DNA from: an uncultured cyanobacterium
Lineage (GTDB): Bacteria > Cyanobacteriota > Cyanobacteriia > Phormidesmidales > Phormidesmidaceae
Assembly: GCA_963793265.1 (NCBI GenBank)
Contig: CAWBZI010000006.1
Location: 896,001 to 960,000 of the forward strand
Direction of reading: 5' to 3'
DNA length: 64,000 nucleotides
Shown here: positions 9,191 to 18,943 of the stretch, piece after piece
Numbering within the stretch: position 1 is the stretch's first letter
Layout of the letters: each line of letters starts with the position of its first letter
Notes under the pieces: generated by a model
What the model saw: the letters and a program-made list of their open reading frames with translations, nothing else
Told to the model about the DNA's origin: nothing
The model's database searches: none
Made by a program: the position numbers and the translations under genes

Positions 9191-10474
9191 CTACAGCGCA
9201 AATCTATCAGCCGCATCAATCGGCTTGGCACCGCCGCCGCCCGAAAGCGTACGCACATTTGCATCAATGTCTTGGCTGCGGCGAATGCGGTTAAGCTGCT
9301 CTAGCGCCCAAGTGGCGGTTTGTCGTACTTCGGGATCTTCGTCTTCGGTAGCGTGACCCAGCATTTGGCTGATTTGAACCACTAGATCGTAAACGCGAGT
9401 GAGGTCGCGAATTGCATTCTTACGCACTTCGGGGTTGTCGTCTTGAAGGGCGATCGCCAGCGCCCGACTCATCGGCTTCAGCGAACGAATACCAATTTCT
9501 GAGAGCGCCGCTAACACCAGGCTCTTTTCCTTTGAGTCAGCGTTCACCATTGAATCGACGAGCGGCTGCATTGCCAAAGAGTTGCCGCGCTGGCCTAGTT
9601 CCCAAATCGCCTTTCGCCGCCGCGCCGGTTCAGGATTGCGCAGGTCACCAATGAGTCCTTCAATGACATCGACTTGGGCTAGAGGCGCAGTACCGCCCAT
9701 TTGGCCGGTTTGTAGGGAGCTAGCGACGGGGGCTGCGATCGCCCCATTACCGTTGTTAGCACTAGCCGTATTCACACCACCCGTATTCACACCACCTGGC
9801 GCGATCGCCAACGGTTGAGCGCTCGTCTCGATCTCGCCCCATTCATCAGGCTCGTCCTGATCTGCCTTAGATCGATTGGCAATAAAGAACCCAATCCCAA
9901 AGCTAGCCAGTACAGCAGCAACGCCCAAACTGATCCCAAATACTTTACTAATACCGCTGCCTTCGTCCTCTATGACGATAGGAGCCCCATCTGCTGCCGG
10001 AAGCTCGCTAGCCGTTGGAGCAGTAGCAGGTGCGTTCGGCGCTGAACTATCAGTCGCGTTAGTAGCGCTGTCTGCGCTGCCACCGGCAGGGTTGGCACTG
10101 GGGCGATCGCTCGTTGCTGCTCGTAGCTGTCGATAGGTTTCTTCGTCCATCGCGCCCGTTGGCGCTATCCCGGCAGCCTCTTGAAAAGCACTCACCGCAC
10201 GCTGAGTCGCTAGCCCATAAATGCCATCGACAGGCCCCGTGTAGTATTCGCTTTTTTGCAGGCGCTCTTGGATGGAGCGAACCGCAGCGCCCCGAGAGCC
10301 TAAGTCTAAATTGCCGCTAAAGGTGCCGCCCGATGCCTGAGCTAGCAGTGTTCGTGAGGTCGATAGGGTTGAGGCAGAAAGATCTGTTGCAGCAGCAGCG
10401 CCCATCCGCATAATCGGCGCGCCCGAAGCGGCTATGCAGGTGAGAAATACTAGAGTAGAACGCCGAATCATCAC
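9191..10474 (-). CDS. Secreted/membrane protein: peptidoglycan-binding domain, TM helix, HEAT repeats
   Basis: Signal peptide, GSRGAAVRSIQERL...DGIYGLATQRAVSAFQ, a TM segment, C-terminal HEAT repeats. Confidence 0.82.
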   Translation of the reverse strand: MMIRRSTLVFLTCIAASGAPIMRMGAAAATDLSASTLSTSRTLLAQASGGTFSGNLDLGSRGAAVRSIQERLQKSEYYTGPVDGIYGLATQRAVSAFQEAAGIAPTGAMDEETYRQLRAATSDRPSANPAGGSADSATNATDSSAPNAPATAPTASELPAADGAPIVIEDEGSGISKVFGISLGVAAVLASFGIGFFIANRSKADQDEPDEWGEIETSAQPLAIAPGGVNTGGVNTASANNGNGAIAAPVASSLQTGQMGGTAPLAQVDVIEGLIGDLRNPEPARRRKAIWELGQRGNSLAMQPLVDSMVNADSKEKSLVLAALSEIGIRSLKPMSRALAIALQDDNPEVRKNAIRDLTRVYDLVVQISQMLGHATEDEDPEVRQTATWALEQLNRIRRSQDIDANVRTLSGGGGAKPIDAADRFAL

Positions 10475-10803
10475 TGTCTTTACCTACTTATCTTGCTGGG
10501 TAGCCTAGCGACTCAATAATCAAGAATTTTTCAAGATTCCTTACGTAGGTGCTTCGTAACAACTACACCCTTAATCAGTCTTAAATCGGACGAATGAGCA
10601 AACGTCACGCTTAAAATCACTACTATCAGAAATAGAGTGCCCGTTAAACAGTGTTTGTGCCGAACGAAGCGATGTCTATCCCTACAAAAGCATCCTACCG
10701 CAAACATTTATCAGCGCTCACTATAAGGCTTCTCAATTCTTCTGTTCTTTATAGTTATCGTCAGTAGGTTTACGCATCTTTTTTGGTTTGTCGTTAATGT
10801 TAC

Positions 10804-11910
10804 CTACGTTTGGTCTGACGATTCTTTAGAGACTGAGGTTTCAATAGGGCCTGATGAAAGGTTAAGGGGCGATCGCGCCGATAGCCATCCGCTAAGCTGA
10901 ACCCTTTGATTAATCAGGTAGATGCTTACTAAAGTCAGCAATACGCCGCTCCATTGCAAAGTACTCAAGCTTTCTGAGAGCAATAGCGTGCTAAAAAGCA
11001 GCGCAAACACAGGCGTCAAAAAAGTAAGAGCGCTAAGGCTAGTGAGGTTGCCCTGAGCGGCAATGTAGAAAAATACGCCATAGGCGATCGCACTACCAAA
11101 TATAGTCGCATAGCTAATTTCCAACACGCCCGGCAGCGAAAGCCCTTGCCAAGGCATTGTGCCAGCCTCCCAAGTACTCTCTGAAAGCGAAGCTATAAAT
11201 AAAGGCGCGCCGCCAAGCACCATATGCCACCCCGTCGCCGCCACCGGATCAGCCCAGCGGGCCACGTAGCGAATCAAGATAGTGCCGCCTGCCATCGACA
11301 GCGCCGCCATCAGCATTAGCCATTCGCCCTGGGTAAATAGAACCGACCATAGATCTTGCTCTAAGGCCATCACCGGGTTTTGTCCGTGCAGCAGTCCTAA
11401 AATCCAATCGTCCGGCAGGCCAATAAAGCTAATGCCCAAAAGGCCAATCGCCAGGCCAATCCAGCCCAAAGGCCCAATCCACTCCTGAAACAAAAACCGC
11501 GCCATCACGGCAACTGCCAAAGGCTGAGAGTCAATCATCACAGAGCCAAGCCCTGCGCCCGTCCGCTCTAGCCCTTTCGCCAAAAAGCCCTGAAACAGCG
11601 TGCCATCGACCAGGGCAAACAGGCTAATCCACAGCCAAGCCCGCCACCCTTTCGGCTGCTCGCGCCCCAACAGCACAGACACCAGCACCACTAGCAGCCC
11701 AGCAGGCAATAGCCGTACGCCCGCAATAAATAGCGGCGTCGTTTCGTCCATCACGCCCTTCATCGCCACCATGGCCGTACCCCACAAAAAGAAGGGCGAA
11801 ATCAGCACCAGCGGGTTAGACGCTAGCTCGGTGAGGGGCTGCGGCAGGGGAATTCTGGGCGCGTTGCGGAGGGCTTTTCTAGAGGTATCGGGAGAGGGGC
11901 GAGAGTCCAT
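10804..11910 (-). CDS. DMT/EamA family transporter
   Basis: About 10 hydrophobic helices; PFFLWGTAMVAMK. Confidence 0.88.
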   Translation of the reverse strand: MDSRPSPDTSRKALRNAPRIPLPQPLTELASNPLVLISPFFLWGTAMVAMKGVMDETTPLFIAGVRLLPAGLLVVLVSVLLGREQPKGWRAWLWISLFALVDGTLFQGFLAKGLERTGAGLGSVMIDSQPLAVAVMARFLFQEWIGPLGWIGLAIGLLGISFIGLPDDWILGLLHGQNPVMALEQDLWSVLFTQGEWLMLMAALSMAGGTILIRYVARWADPVAATGWHMVLGGAPLFIASLSESTWEAGTMPWQGLSLPGVLEISYATIFGSAIAYGVFFYIAAQGNLTSLSALTFLTPVFALLFSTLLLSESLSTLQWSGVLLTLVSIYLINQRVQLSGWLSARSPLNLSSGPIETSVSKESSDQT

Positions 11911-12011
11911 TCAGATTAGAGGGGCCGCAGGCGCGGTATTAAGGCAGTGGGGGCGTGGCAAGTCGTATACTTACTCTAAAGTAATGTAAAGCTTCGCGCC
12001 CTGAGATTTTT

Positions 12012-12881
12012 ATGATTTGGCCTTTTAAGCCTCGCTTTCGCAAACAAGTTGCTCGTATTGAGATTACAGGCGCGATCGCCCAGGCAACTCGCAAGCGCGT
12101 GCTAGAGGCGCTTAAGGAAGTAGAAGAAAAGAAATTTCCCGCCCTGCTGCTGCGCATTGACAGCCCCGGCGGTACCGTAGCCGACTCTCAAGAAATCTAC
12201 AGCGCCCTGAGAAAGCTGCAAGAAAAGGTCAAGATCGTCGCTAGCTTCGGCAATATCTCCGCTTCGGGCGGCGTGTATATCGGGGTGGGAGCCAATCATA
12301 TTGTGTCTAACCCTGGCACGATTACAGGCTCAATCGGCGTGATTTTGCGCGGTAATAATATAGAGAAACTGCTAGATCGCGTGGGCGTCTCTTTTAAGGT
12401 AATTAAATCAGGGCCTTACAAAGACATCTTGGCTTTTGATAGGCCGCTGAGCCCTGAAGAAGAAGTGATCTTGCAAGAGCTGATTGACGTGAGCTACGGC
12501 CAGTTTGTGCGGACAGTGGCAGAGGGCCGAAATCTGAGTGAAGAGGCCGTCAGACAGTTTGCCGATGGCCGCGTGTTCACCGGAGAGCAGGCGCTAGCGC
12601 TGGGCGTCGTAGATAGACTTGGCACCGAAGAAGACGCGCGTCGTTGGGCCGCTGAGCTAGGTGGGCTCGATCCAGAGAAAGCTGAGTGCTACACCTTTGA
12701 AGAGAAAAAGCCGCTGCTGAGCCGAATTTTGCCGGGCAGTCGCTTTGACGTTAGCGCGCCCGCTAATTCGCCTTGGGCCATGCTACCTGCGCAGATGCCT
12801 GCGACCCTGGCCCGGCTCGACTTTGAAGTAGCTACGAACGGCGTACCGCTATGGATGTATCAACCGGCCAACCTTTTGTAA
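12012..12881 (+). CDS. sppA: Signal peptide peptidase SppA (36K type)
   Basis: RIDSPGG, ASGGVY, TGSIGV, KSGPYKD. Confidence 0.92.
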   Translation: MIWPFKPRFRKQVARIEITGAIAQATRKRVLEALKEVEEKKFPALLLRIDSPGGTVADSQEIYSALRKLQEKVKIVASFGNISASGGVYIGVGANHIVSNPGTITGSIGVILRGNNIEKLLDRVGVSFKVIKSGPYKDILAFDRPLSPEEEVILQELIDVSYGQFVRTVAEGRNLSEEAVRQFADGRVFTGEQALALGVVDRLGTEEDARRWAAELGGLDPEKAECYTFEEKKPLLSRILPGSRFDVSAPANSPWAMLPAQMPATLARLDFEVATNGVPLWMYQPANLL

Positions 12882-12983
12882 GCTTGCGTTTTGATCCGTT
12901 GGGTTAATCGTTCAGCCGAACCGGGAAACAATGGTTAAATGCTTAGTAGAAGCGTCATTTCAGTAGCAAGGGAAGGAAGAGCT

Positions 12984-13364
12984 GTGGACTGCCAAATAAG
13001 GGCTATTCGGGGGGCAACGACTGTCTCAGAAAATTCGGTAGAGGCAATCGCTCAAGCCGTCACTGAGATGCTGGATGATTTGGCGTCAAACAATCAGCTC
13101 GACCCTACACAGATAGTCAGCGTGACCTTTTCGGTAACGCGCGATTTGGACACTGTTTTCCCGGCTGCGATCGCTCGCAAAAGGCCCCGATGGGATTTTG
13201 TCCCCTTGCTCGATGTCCAGCAAATGCATGTACAAGGCGCGCTCCCTCGCTGCATTCGGCTGATGATATACACCTACTTGCCTGTGCCTCAAAGCGACGT
13301 TAAGCACTCTTACTTAAGAGGAGCCCGCGCCCTGCGGCCCGATCTTTGCCTGAGCCACGACTAG
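12984..13364 (+). CDS. aroH: Chorismate mutase AroH
   Basis: RAIRGATT, FPAAIAR, LRPDL; GTG start inferred. Confidence 0.92.
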   Translation: MDCQIRAIRGATTVSENSVEAIAQAVTEMLDDLASNNQLDPTQIVSVTFSVTRDLDTVFPAAIARKRPRWDFVPLLDVQQMHVQGALPRCIRLMIYTYLPVPQSDVKHSYLRGARALRPDLCLSHD

Positions 13365-13418
13365 CTTTAAAGGCGCTAGATGTGAAAATTCAGCTCCTCA
13401 CAAATCCAGAAAATTATA

Positions 13419-13448
13419 AGGTCTTCGCTCTTTGGGCGGAGACTTTTT
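13419..13448 (+). terminator. Intrinsic terminator after sppA-aroH
   Basis: GTCTTCGCTC-TTTG-GGCGGAGAC followed by TTTTT. Confidence 0.7.
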
Positions 13449-13540
13449 ACGTGCGAACTCTCCCTACGGGTTATTCAATGCGGGGTAGACCGCTCGCTAC
13501 GCTCTAAAGGGTAAAGAACGTACGAAAGGACGCATTTATT

Positions 13541-14008
13541 ATGCCAGTCGGTACAGAACAACAAACCAGCTCTAGCCAAGAACTCTCTGCCTTCAACAGT
13601 CTCGGCACAGACGAAAAGTTAGGACTACTCTGGGTCGTTTACAAGCATATGGGCGAATCAATTACCCCAGCCGCTCCAGGCGCAGCAGCTCCTCAATTTA
13701 CAAAAACGCTGCTGAACGAAGTAAAAGGCATGGAGCACGAGGCCCAGCTCAACTTTATGCGCGATTTGGTCAACAAGTCCTCGACCGAGCAAACTAAAGC
13801 CTATGGCGCTTTTGATGAAAACAACAAGCTGCTGTTTTGGTATGAGCTGTCTGAAGAAATGACCAAAGGAACGGTCGTGCCCGTGCCCGATGACTATGAG
13901 CTATCGGCTGATGGCTCGCAGGTGTTTGATGCGATCGCCGCACTCGACTACAACGAGCAAATTACACTGCTGCGCGATGCCGTCGTCGATATGGGCACAC
14001 AAGCCTAA
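13541..14008 (+). CDS. Helical carotenoid protein (stand-alone OCP N-terminal domain)
   Basis: DEKLGLLW, ITPAAPGAA, NNKLLFWY, QITLLRDAVVDMG. Confidence 0.88.
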   Translation: MPVGTEQQTSSSQELSAFNSLGTDEKLGLLWVVYKHMGESITPAAPGAAAPQFTKTLLNEVKGMEHEAQLNFMRDLVNKSSTEQTKAYGAFDENNKLLFWYELSEEMTKGTVVPVPDDYELSADGSQVFDAIAALDYNEQITLLRDAVVDMGTQA

Positions 14009-14050
14009 ATAAAGACCGACACAGATTTACGTCTATGTTCCTAAGCAAAT

Positions 14051-14085
14051 AGCCTACCGAGCTAAGTTCGGTAGGCTTTCTTTTT
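14051..14085. terminator. Terminator hairpin between convergent HCP and crtR
   Basis: AGCCTACCGAGC-TAA-GTTCGGTAGGCT followed by a T-tract. Confidence 0.75.
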
Positions 14086-14110
14086 GAGCGATGAATTCTA
14101 GAACGTGCGG

Positions 14111-15037
14111 CTATTCCGTTTTACTCACGGCTTTAGCAGACTTATCTGGCTTGCGATGAAACCGAATGCCTAAAAACAGGTCATACATAAACCCTAGAAA
14201 GTCCTTCGTCTGCATCAGCCCTAGCGACTGCGGCGAGCCCTTTTCATCCAGCAAAGGTTTCATCACCTCATAGGCAGGCTTGTACTTGTACCAGGGAATA
14301 GAGGGCCACAGGTGATGGATCAAGTGATAGTTCTGACCCATGATCAAAAAGTTCAGCACCCGGCCAGGATAGACCCGCGCATTTTTCCAGCGATGTTGGG
14401 TCTTAAACGGACGATGCGGGAGGTAGTCAAAGAACAGCCCTAGCGCTAACCCAACGACCAGCGCCGGAGAGAACCAGTAGTTAAATAGATAGTCAATAAA
14501 GCCATAGTGGCAGGCTGCGTAGACAAAAAGCCCCACTGCCAACCGGCTTAAAAACCATTCCAAAAGCTCATACTTCTTCCACAGGCGACGCTGGAAAAAA
14601 TAGATCTCATGGTAGAAAAATCTAGCCGCAATCAGCCACAGCGGCCCACCCGTTGAGACAAAATGATCCGGGTCATTTTCAGGGTCGTTCACGTGCGCGT
14701 GATGCTGCAAGTGCACTCGCGTAAACACAGGAAACGTAAACCCCAGCATTAAGGCGCTGCCGTGGCCTAATGCCGCATTAATAATTGGGTTGCTATGAGC
14801 CGACTTATGCGAAGCGTCATGAATGACGGTACCGACTAAGTGCAAAGCGACGGTATTAAACACGAAACAGCACCAGCTAGGCCAGTGCCACACAAAATAT
14901 CCAACTGTTGAAAGAATAACCAGTGAGACAGCCCCGAAAAAAATCAGCAGATTGGGACTCAGCCCACCCTCTGCATCTAGAAACCGCTTAGGGACTCTCC
15001 GGGTAACTGCCAGTGGCTTTACTGCCGCCGACACCAT
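14111..15037 (-). CDS. crtR: Beta-carotene hydroxylase (fatty acid desaturase family)
   Basis: His boxes HDASH, HLQHH, HLIHH; DPENDPDHFVSTGGPLW; ATG 15037 preferred as start. Confidence 0.92.
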   Translation of the reverse strand: MVSAAVKPLAVTRRVPKRFLDAEGGLSPNLLIFFGAVSLVILSTVGYFVWHWPSWCCFVFNTVALHLVGTVIHDASHKSAHSNPIINAALGHGSALMLGFTFPVFTRVHLQHHAHVNDPENDPDHFVSTGGPLWLIAARFFYHEIYFFQRRLWKKYELLEWFLSRLAVGLFVYAACHYGFIDYLFNYWFSPALVVGLALGLFFDYLPHRPFKTQHRWKNARVYPGRVLNFLIMGQNYHLIHHLWPSIPWYKYKPAYEVMKPLLDEKGSPQSLGLMQTKDFLGFMYDLFLGIRFHRKPDKSAKAVSKTE

Positions 15038-15299
15038 ATATGCGCTCCTACAGACCACGTTCTTCGGTAGTATACGCTACCTGAGATGAATAATAAAGTT
15101 TTGTGACGCGGCTGAAAAGCAACCACTCGAGCCATCCTACTTCTATTGCTCACAGGTTTTATCTTATCTGGCTTGCGATCGCTTGAATACATACTTTAGC
15201 CATAGACATAACGGCAGGCAGACTAAGCGCCGTCTATAGCGCCTCGCAATGGTATCGTTTGAGCAGATAATTTTCTTGTATTTTCACTGACATAAGCGT

Positions 15300-17093
15300 A
15301 TGCCCTCGCGTCCTGCCCTGCGCCGAACCAAGATAGTCGCGACCATCGGCCCCGCCACTGAAAAGCCCGATGTGCTAAGAGCCTTAATAGAAGCAGGCGC
15401 AACGACACTGCGGCTCAACTTTTCTCACGGCACCCAGGAGAATCATCAAAAGAATATTAAGCTTATTCGCCAGATCTCATTTGAGCTAAATCAGCCAGTC
15501 GGCATCTTGCAAGATTTGCAGGGGCCAAAAATTCGCTTGGGGAAGTTCAAAGACGGCCCCATTCAGCTCGCCAACGGGGACAAGTTCATTCTTACGAGCC
15601 GCGATATCCCAGGCACTCAGACTGAAAGCGCGGTCACCTACGAGCCTTTGGTAGAAGAAGTGCCTGAAGGAGCCACTATTTTGCTCGATGACGGCAAAGT
15701 GGAGATGAAGGTGGTTGGCAAGGAGATAGCTGAGCGAAATCTTATCTGCGAGGTGGTCGTCGGCGGCAAGCTTTCTAACAGTAAGGGCGTCAACTTTCCA
15801 GGCGTTTACCTGTCGATTAAGGCGCTGACCGACAAGGACAAAAAAGACTTGTTATTTGGGCTCAACCAAAACGTAGACTGGGTAGCGCTGAGCTTCGTTC
15901 GCAACCCTCAAGACGTTTTAGAAATTAAAGAACTCATTCAAAACTCAACCGCTCGCCGTGTGCCAGTGATTGTCAAAATTGAGAAGCACGAAGCAATTGA
16001 GCAAATGGAGGCGATTTTGTCGCTCTCTGACGGGGTGATGGTGGCCCGAGGCGACCTTGGCGTAGAGCTACCGGCTGAAGACGTGCCTGTGCTACAAAAG
16101 CGGCTGATTGCCACCGCTAACCGACTCGGCATTCCGGTGATCACGGCCACCCAAATGCTCGATAGCATGGTTGATAGCCCCCGCCCCACCCGAGCAGAAG
16201 TCTCAGACGTGGCCAACGCCATTTATGACGGCACCGATGCGGTGATGCTCTCAAACGAAACGGCAGTCGGCCAGTTTCCGGTAGAGTCAGTCGCCACCAT
16301 GGATCGCATTGCCAAGCGCACTGAGCGCGAGCAGCTCAAGCAGATGACCGAAGACTTCAGCAAAATTCATACCATTCCGAATGCCATTAGCCAGGCAGTC
16401 GGCCAAATCTCAGCGCAGCTTAACGCGTCTGCCATCATGACCATGACACGCAGCGGGGCAACCGCTCGCAACGTTTCTAAGTTTCGGCCTAAAGCACCCA
16501 TCTTGGCCGTGACGCCGCTGGTGGATGTATCCCGGCAGTTGCAGGTAGTGTGGGGTGTCAATCCTTTGCTGGTTGTCGATTTGCCGTCTACGGCGCAGAC
16601 GTTCCAGGCGGCGATCAACGTGGCTCAAGAAAAGGAGCTGGTGCGCGATGGCGATTTGGTGGTGATGACTGCCGGAACGCTGCAAGGGGTTTCGGGCTCG
16701 ACTGATTTGATTAAGGTGGAAGTGGTGACGGCGGTGCTGGGCCAGGGTCGCGGCATTGGTGAGGGCGCAGTCAGCGGGCGGGCGCGGATTGCACACAACA
16801 CGGCGGCGATTAAGGACTTTCACGCTGGGGAGATTTTGGTGGTGCCGCGTACGACGGCGGACTATGTAGATGCGATTCGCCGGGCGGGTGGCATTGTCAC
16901 TGAAGATGACAGTATGACCAGTCACGCTGCGGTGCTGGGTCTGCGGCTGGGGATTCCGGTGATTGTAGGAGTGGAGCGGGCCACTGAGATTATTCGCAAT
17001 GGCACAGTAGTCACTCTGGATGTAAGCCAGGGTAAGGTGTGCTCAGGCGGCTCAGCAACGCCGAGTGATGGATTTGTGAGCGTACATTCTTAG
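15300..17093 (+). CDS. pyk: Pyruvate kinase with C-terminal PEP-utilising mobile domain
   Basis: RTKIVATIGPA, LNFSHG, MVARGDLGVE, ATQMLDSM, C-terminal TSHAA. Confidence 0.95.
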   Translation: MPSRPALRRTKIVATIGPATEKPDVLRALIEAGATTLRLNFSHGTQENHQKNIKLIRQISFELNQPVGILQDLQGPKIRLGKFKDGPIQLANGDKFILTSRDIPGTQTESAVTYEPLVEEVPEGATILLDDGKVEMKVVGKEIAERNLICEVVVGGKLSNSKGVNFPGVYLSIKALTDKDKKDLLFGLNQNVDWVALSFVRNPQDVLEIKELIQNSTARRVPVIVKIEKHEAIEQMEAILSLSDGVMVARGDLGVELPAEDVPVLQKRLIATANRLGIPVITATQMLDSMVDSPRPTRAEVSDVANAIYDGTDAVMLSNETAVGQFPVESVATMDRIAKRTEREQLKQMTEDFSKIHTIPNAISQAVGQISAQLNASAIMTMTRSGATARNVSKFRPKAPILAVTPLVDVSRQLQVVWGVNPLLVVDLPSTAQTFQAAINVAQEKELVRDGDLVVMTAGTLQGVSGSTDLIKVEVVTAVLGQGRGIGEGAVSGRARIAHNTAAIKDFHAGEILVVPRTTADYVDAIRRAGGIVTEDDSMTSHAAVLGLRLGIPVIVGVERATEIIRNGTVVTLDVSQGKVCSGGSATPSDGFVSVHS

Positions 17094-17117
17094 GGCTTCT
17101 TTGGCAGAGTCTACACG

Positions 17118-17297
17118 CTAATCGTCGCTGAGCATTTTAATGATGTGCTTCGCTAAGTGCTCCTTGACTTCTCTATGCCTTGGAATGGGTTGAGAAACTT
17201 TAGTCTTAGGATTTTGATACCAATCGTGCTTTCCGCCATGGCGCACAAATACGCATCCGAGCTTTTCTAGCTTTCTAATTAAATCTCGACGTTTCAA
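17118..17297 (-). CDS. hicA: HicA family toxin (59 aa, not in ORF track)
   Basis: Manual translation MKRRDLIRKLEKLGCVFVRHGGKHDWYQNPKTKVSQPIPRHREVKEHLAKHIIKMLSDD; TTG start overlaps the hicB TGA. Confidence 0.88.
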   Translation of the reverse strand: MKRRDLIRKLEKLGCVFVRHGGKHDWYQNPKTKVSQPIPRHREVKEHLAKHIIKMLSDD

Positions 17298-17485
17298 GAC
17301 ACTTCAAGCTCGGCAACTCTGCGAACGTGTGAAACTGCGCCGCTCGTTAGATCTTTGTATATATCAAGTAGGTTTTCTTTTAGCTCAGCTTCAGTTTCTC
17401 CCTGCGTCAAATAATCAGGAAATTCCGCAAGATATCCTAGCCACATATCCTCGTCTTTCCAGTAAATATATTTCTGCTTATCCAT
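17294..17485 (-). CDS. hicB: Short HicB family antitoxin
   Basis: WLGYLAEFPDYLTQGETEAELKENL. Confidence 0.85.
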   Translation of the reverse strand: MDKQKYIYWKDEDMWLGYLAEFPDYLTQGETEAELKENLLDIYKDLTSGAVSHVRRVAELEVS

Positions 17486-17540
17486 TTAGCCTCCAAACGC
17501 AGCACTTAATCGAGTCTGACCATTGTTTTCACAGACTATT

Positions 17541-18293
17541 TTAGCGGTTGTAGAAGGCTGGGGAACCGCGATAAATGCGATCGCGCTGCCCTGAAGACAA
17601 TCTCGAAGATCCTTGAGCACTCGGCTGAGACTGGCTATCGGGCTCTCGATTGTTGTTGTCGTAGGCGTCTAAAGACTGGAACGGTGGCACGAATCGGTGG
17701 TTTTTGCGGTCGTAGGTGAGTACGGAGCCGTCAGCGATATTGTAAATCCAGCCGTGGAGGGCGATTTCGTTTTTGTGGAGGTGCGATCGCACAGAAGGAT
17801 ACGTCCGCAAATTATCAATCTGCGTCAGCACGTTTTCAGCCACCAGCGTCGATAGCTTCTCCTGCTTGCCCAGGTGGCCATAGTTTTCCTCAACCATCTC
17901 GCGCGTGGCCTCAGTATGCTTCAGCCAGTTGTATACCAAAGGCATTTTGTGCTCTAGCTCGCCTACTTGTAGCAACCCTTTCATCGCCCCACAGGTGGTA
18001 TGCCCGCACACCACAATATGCCGCACTTCTAAAGACTTAATGGCATATTCAATCGTGGCCCCTTCACCGCCATTGGTCGCCCCATAAGGCGGAACAATGT
18101 TACCGGCATTACGAATCACAAACAAATCGCCCAAATCCGACTGAGTGATCAGCTCGGGCTGCACTCGCGAATCAGAGCAGGTAATAAACAAAACGCGCGG
18201 ATGTTGACCCTGAGCTAGCTCATTCAGCAGCTTCTTATTCTGCGGCACATAGCTACTTTGAAACTCTCGCAGCCCTTTAATTAGATCTTTCAT
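17541..18293 (-). CDS. ccaA: Beta-class carbonic anhydrase (CcaA/IcfA-like)
   Basis: CSDSR, RNAGN, HxxCGAM; C-terminal LSSGQRDRIYRGS tail typical of carboxysomal CcaA. Confidence 0.88.
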   Translation of the reverse strand: MKDLIKGLREFQSSYVPQNKKLLNELAQGQHPRVLFITCSDSRVQPELITQSDLGDLFVIRNAGNIVPPYGATNGGEGATIEYAIKSLEVRHIVVCGHTTCGAMKGLLQVGELEHKMPLVYNWLKHTEATREMVEENYGHLGKQEKLSTLVAENVLTQIDNLRTYPSVRSHLHKNEIALHGWIYNIADGSVLTYDRKNHRFVPPFQSLDAYDNNNREPDSQSQPSAQGSSRLSSGQRDRIYRGSPAFYNR

Positions 18294-18493
18294 CGACGGT
18301 GGCCTTCTATCTTTCGTTATCTAATAATCTCACGCTGAGCAGCTATTAATCGATAGGTTAAGACTGGCTAGGAAGAGAGTTTGTTGATCCATCATGAATG
18401 CTAAGCCGCGCAGACAGATAGTTACAAGATGAACAAGTCTTTGCGGATGCCTCCTGTCTAACTTCAGAAACCGCCCTAGTTCAATGAGTTTTT

Positions 18494-18943
18494 TTATGCC
18501 ATGCGATCGCGCTTAATGTCATACACCGCCTTATCAATACACCAAACAGCATCTTTACCAGGATTTCTCTCTGCAATCCTTTCCACTAATCGCAGGGAGA
18601 TTTCTTGATTATGCGTGAGTTCATTAAGTCGGTGGTACGGCAGCGATTGTGATGTAGTGCGGCAACAGCTCTGCTTCAACCAAGGTGATTTTGGTTTTAT
18701 GTTGTCAGTCCGTAACCGATCGTAGCGAATAGGAGAGCTTTTGGATGATGTTTGCTTTTGCTTCAGCCAGGGTGACTTCGGCTTTATATTGTCAGTCCGT
18801 AATCGGTCATATCGAATAGGTGTTTTCAACGGCGTTCTCAACGGCGTTTTCCCATTCCAGCTAAACCACGGAATGCCAATCTTTATAGCTCTAAAGTAGC
18901 TCCACAACACCGCTAAACCGACTAAGGTAAGCAAAACAGACAT
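18494..18943 (-). CDS. Hypothetical membrane-anchored protein with internal 21-aa repeat
   Basis: N-terminal TM; PIRYDRLRTDNIKPKSPWLKQ x2; C-terminal RL..RNPGK...W..DK..YD..RDR helical motif. Confidence 0.75.
   Translation of the reverse strand: MSVLLTLVGLAVLWSYFRAIKIGIPWFSWNGKTPLRTPLKTPIRYDRLRTDNIKPKSPWLKQKQTSSKSSPIRYDRLRTDNIKPKSPWLKQSCCRTTSQSLPYHRLNELTHNQEISLRLVERIAERNPGKDAVWCIDKAVYDIKRDRMA
18671..18820 (-). repeat. Two 63-bp copies (18671-18733 and 18758-18820) encoding identical 21-mers
   Basis: Direct alignment gives 52/63 nt identity; all 11 differences are synonymous. Confidence 0.92.

Noticed and set aside
10475..10803. Long intergenic region checked for ncRNA or small ORFs
   Set aside because: No convincing ORF, structure or repeat was found; probably promoter DNA.
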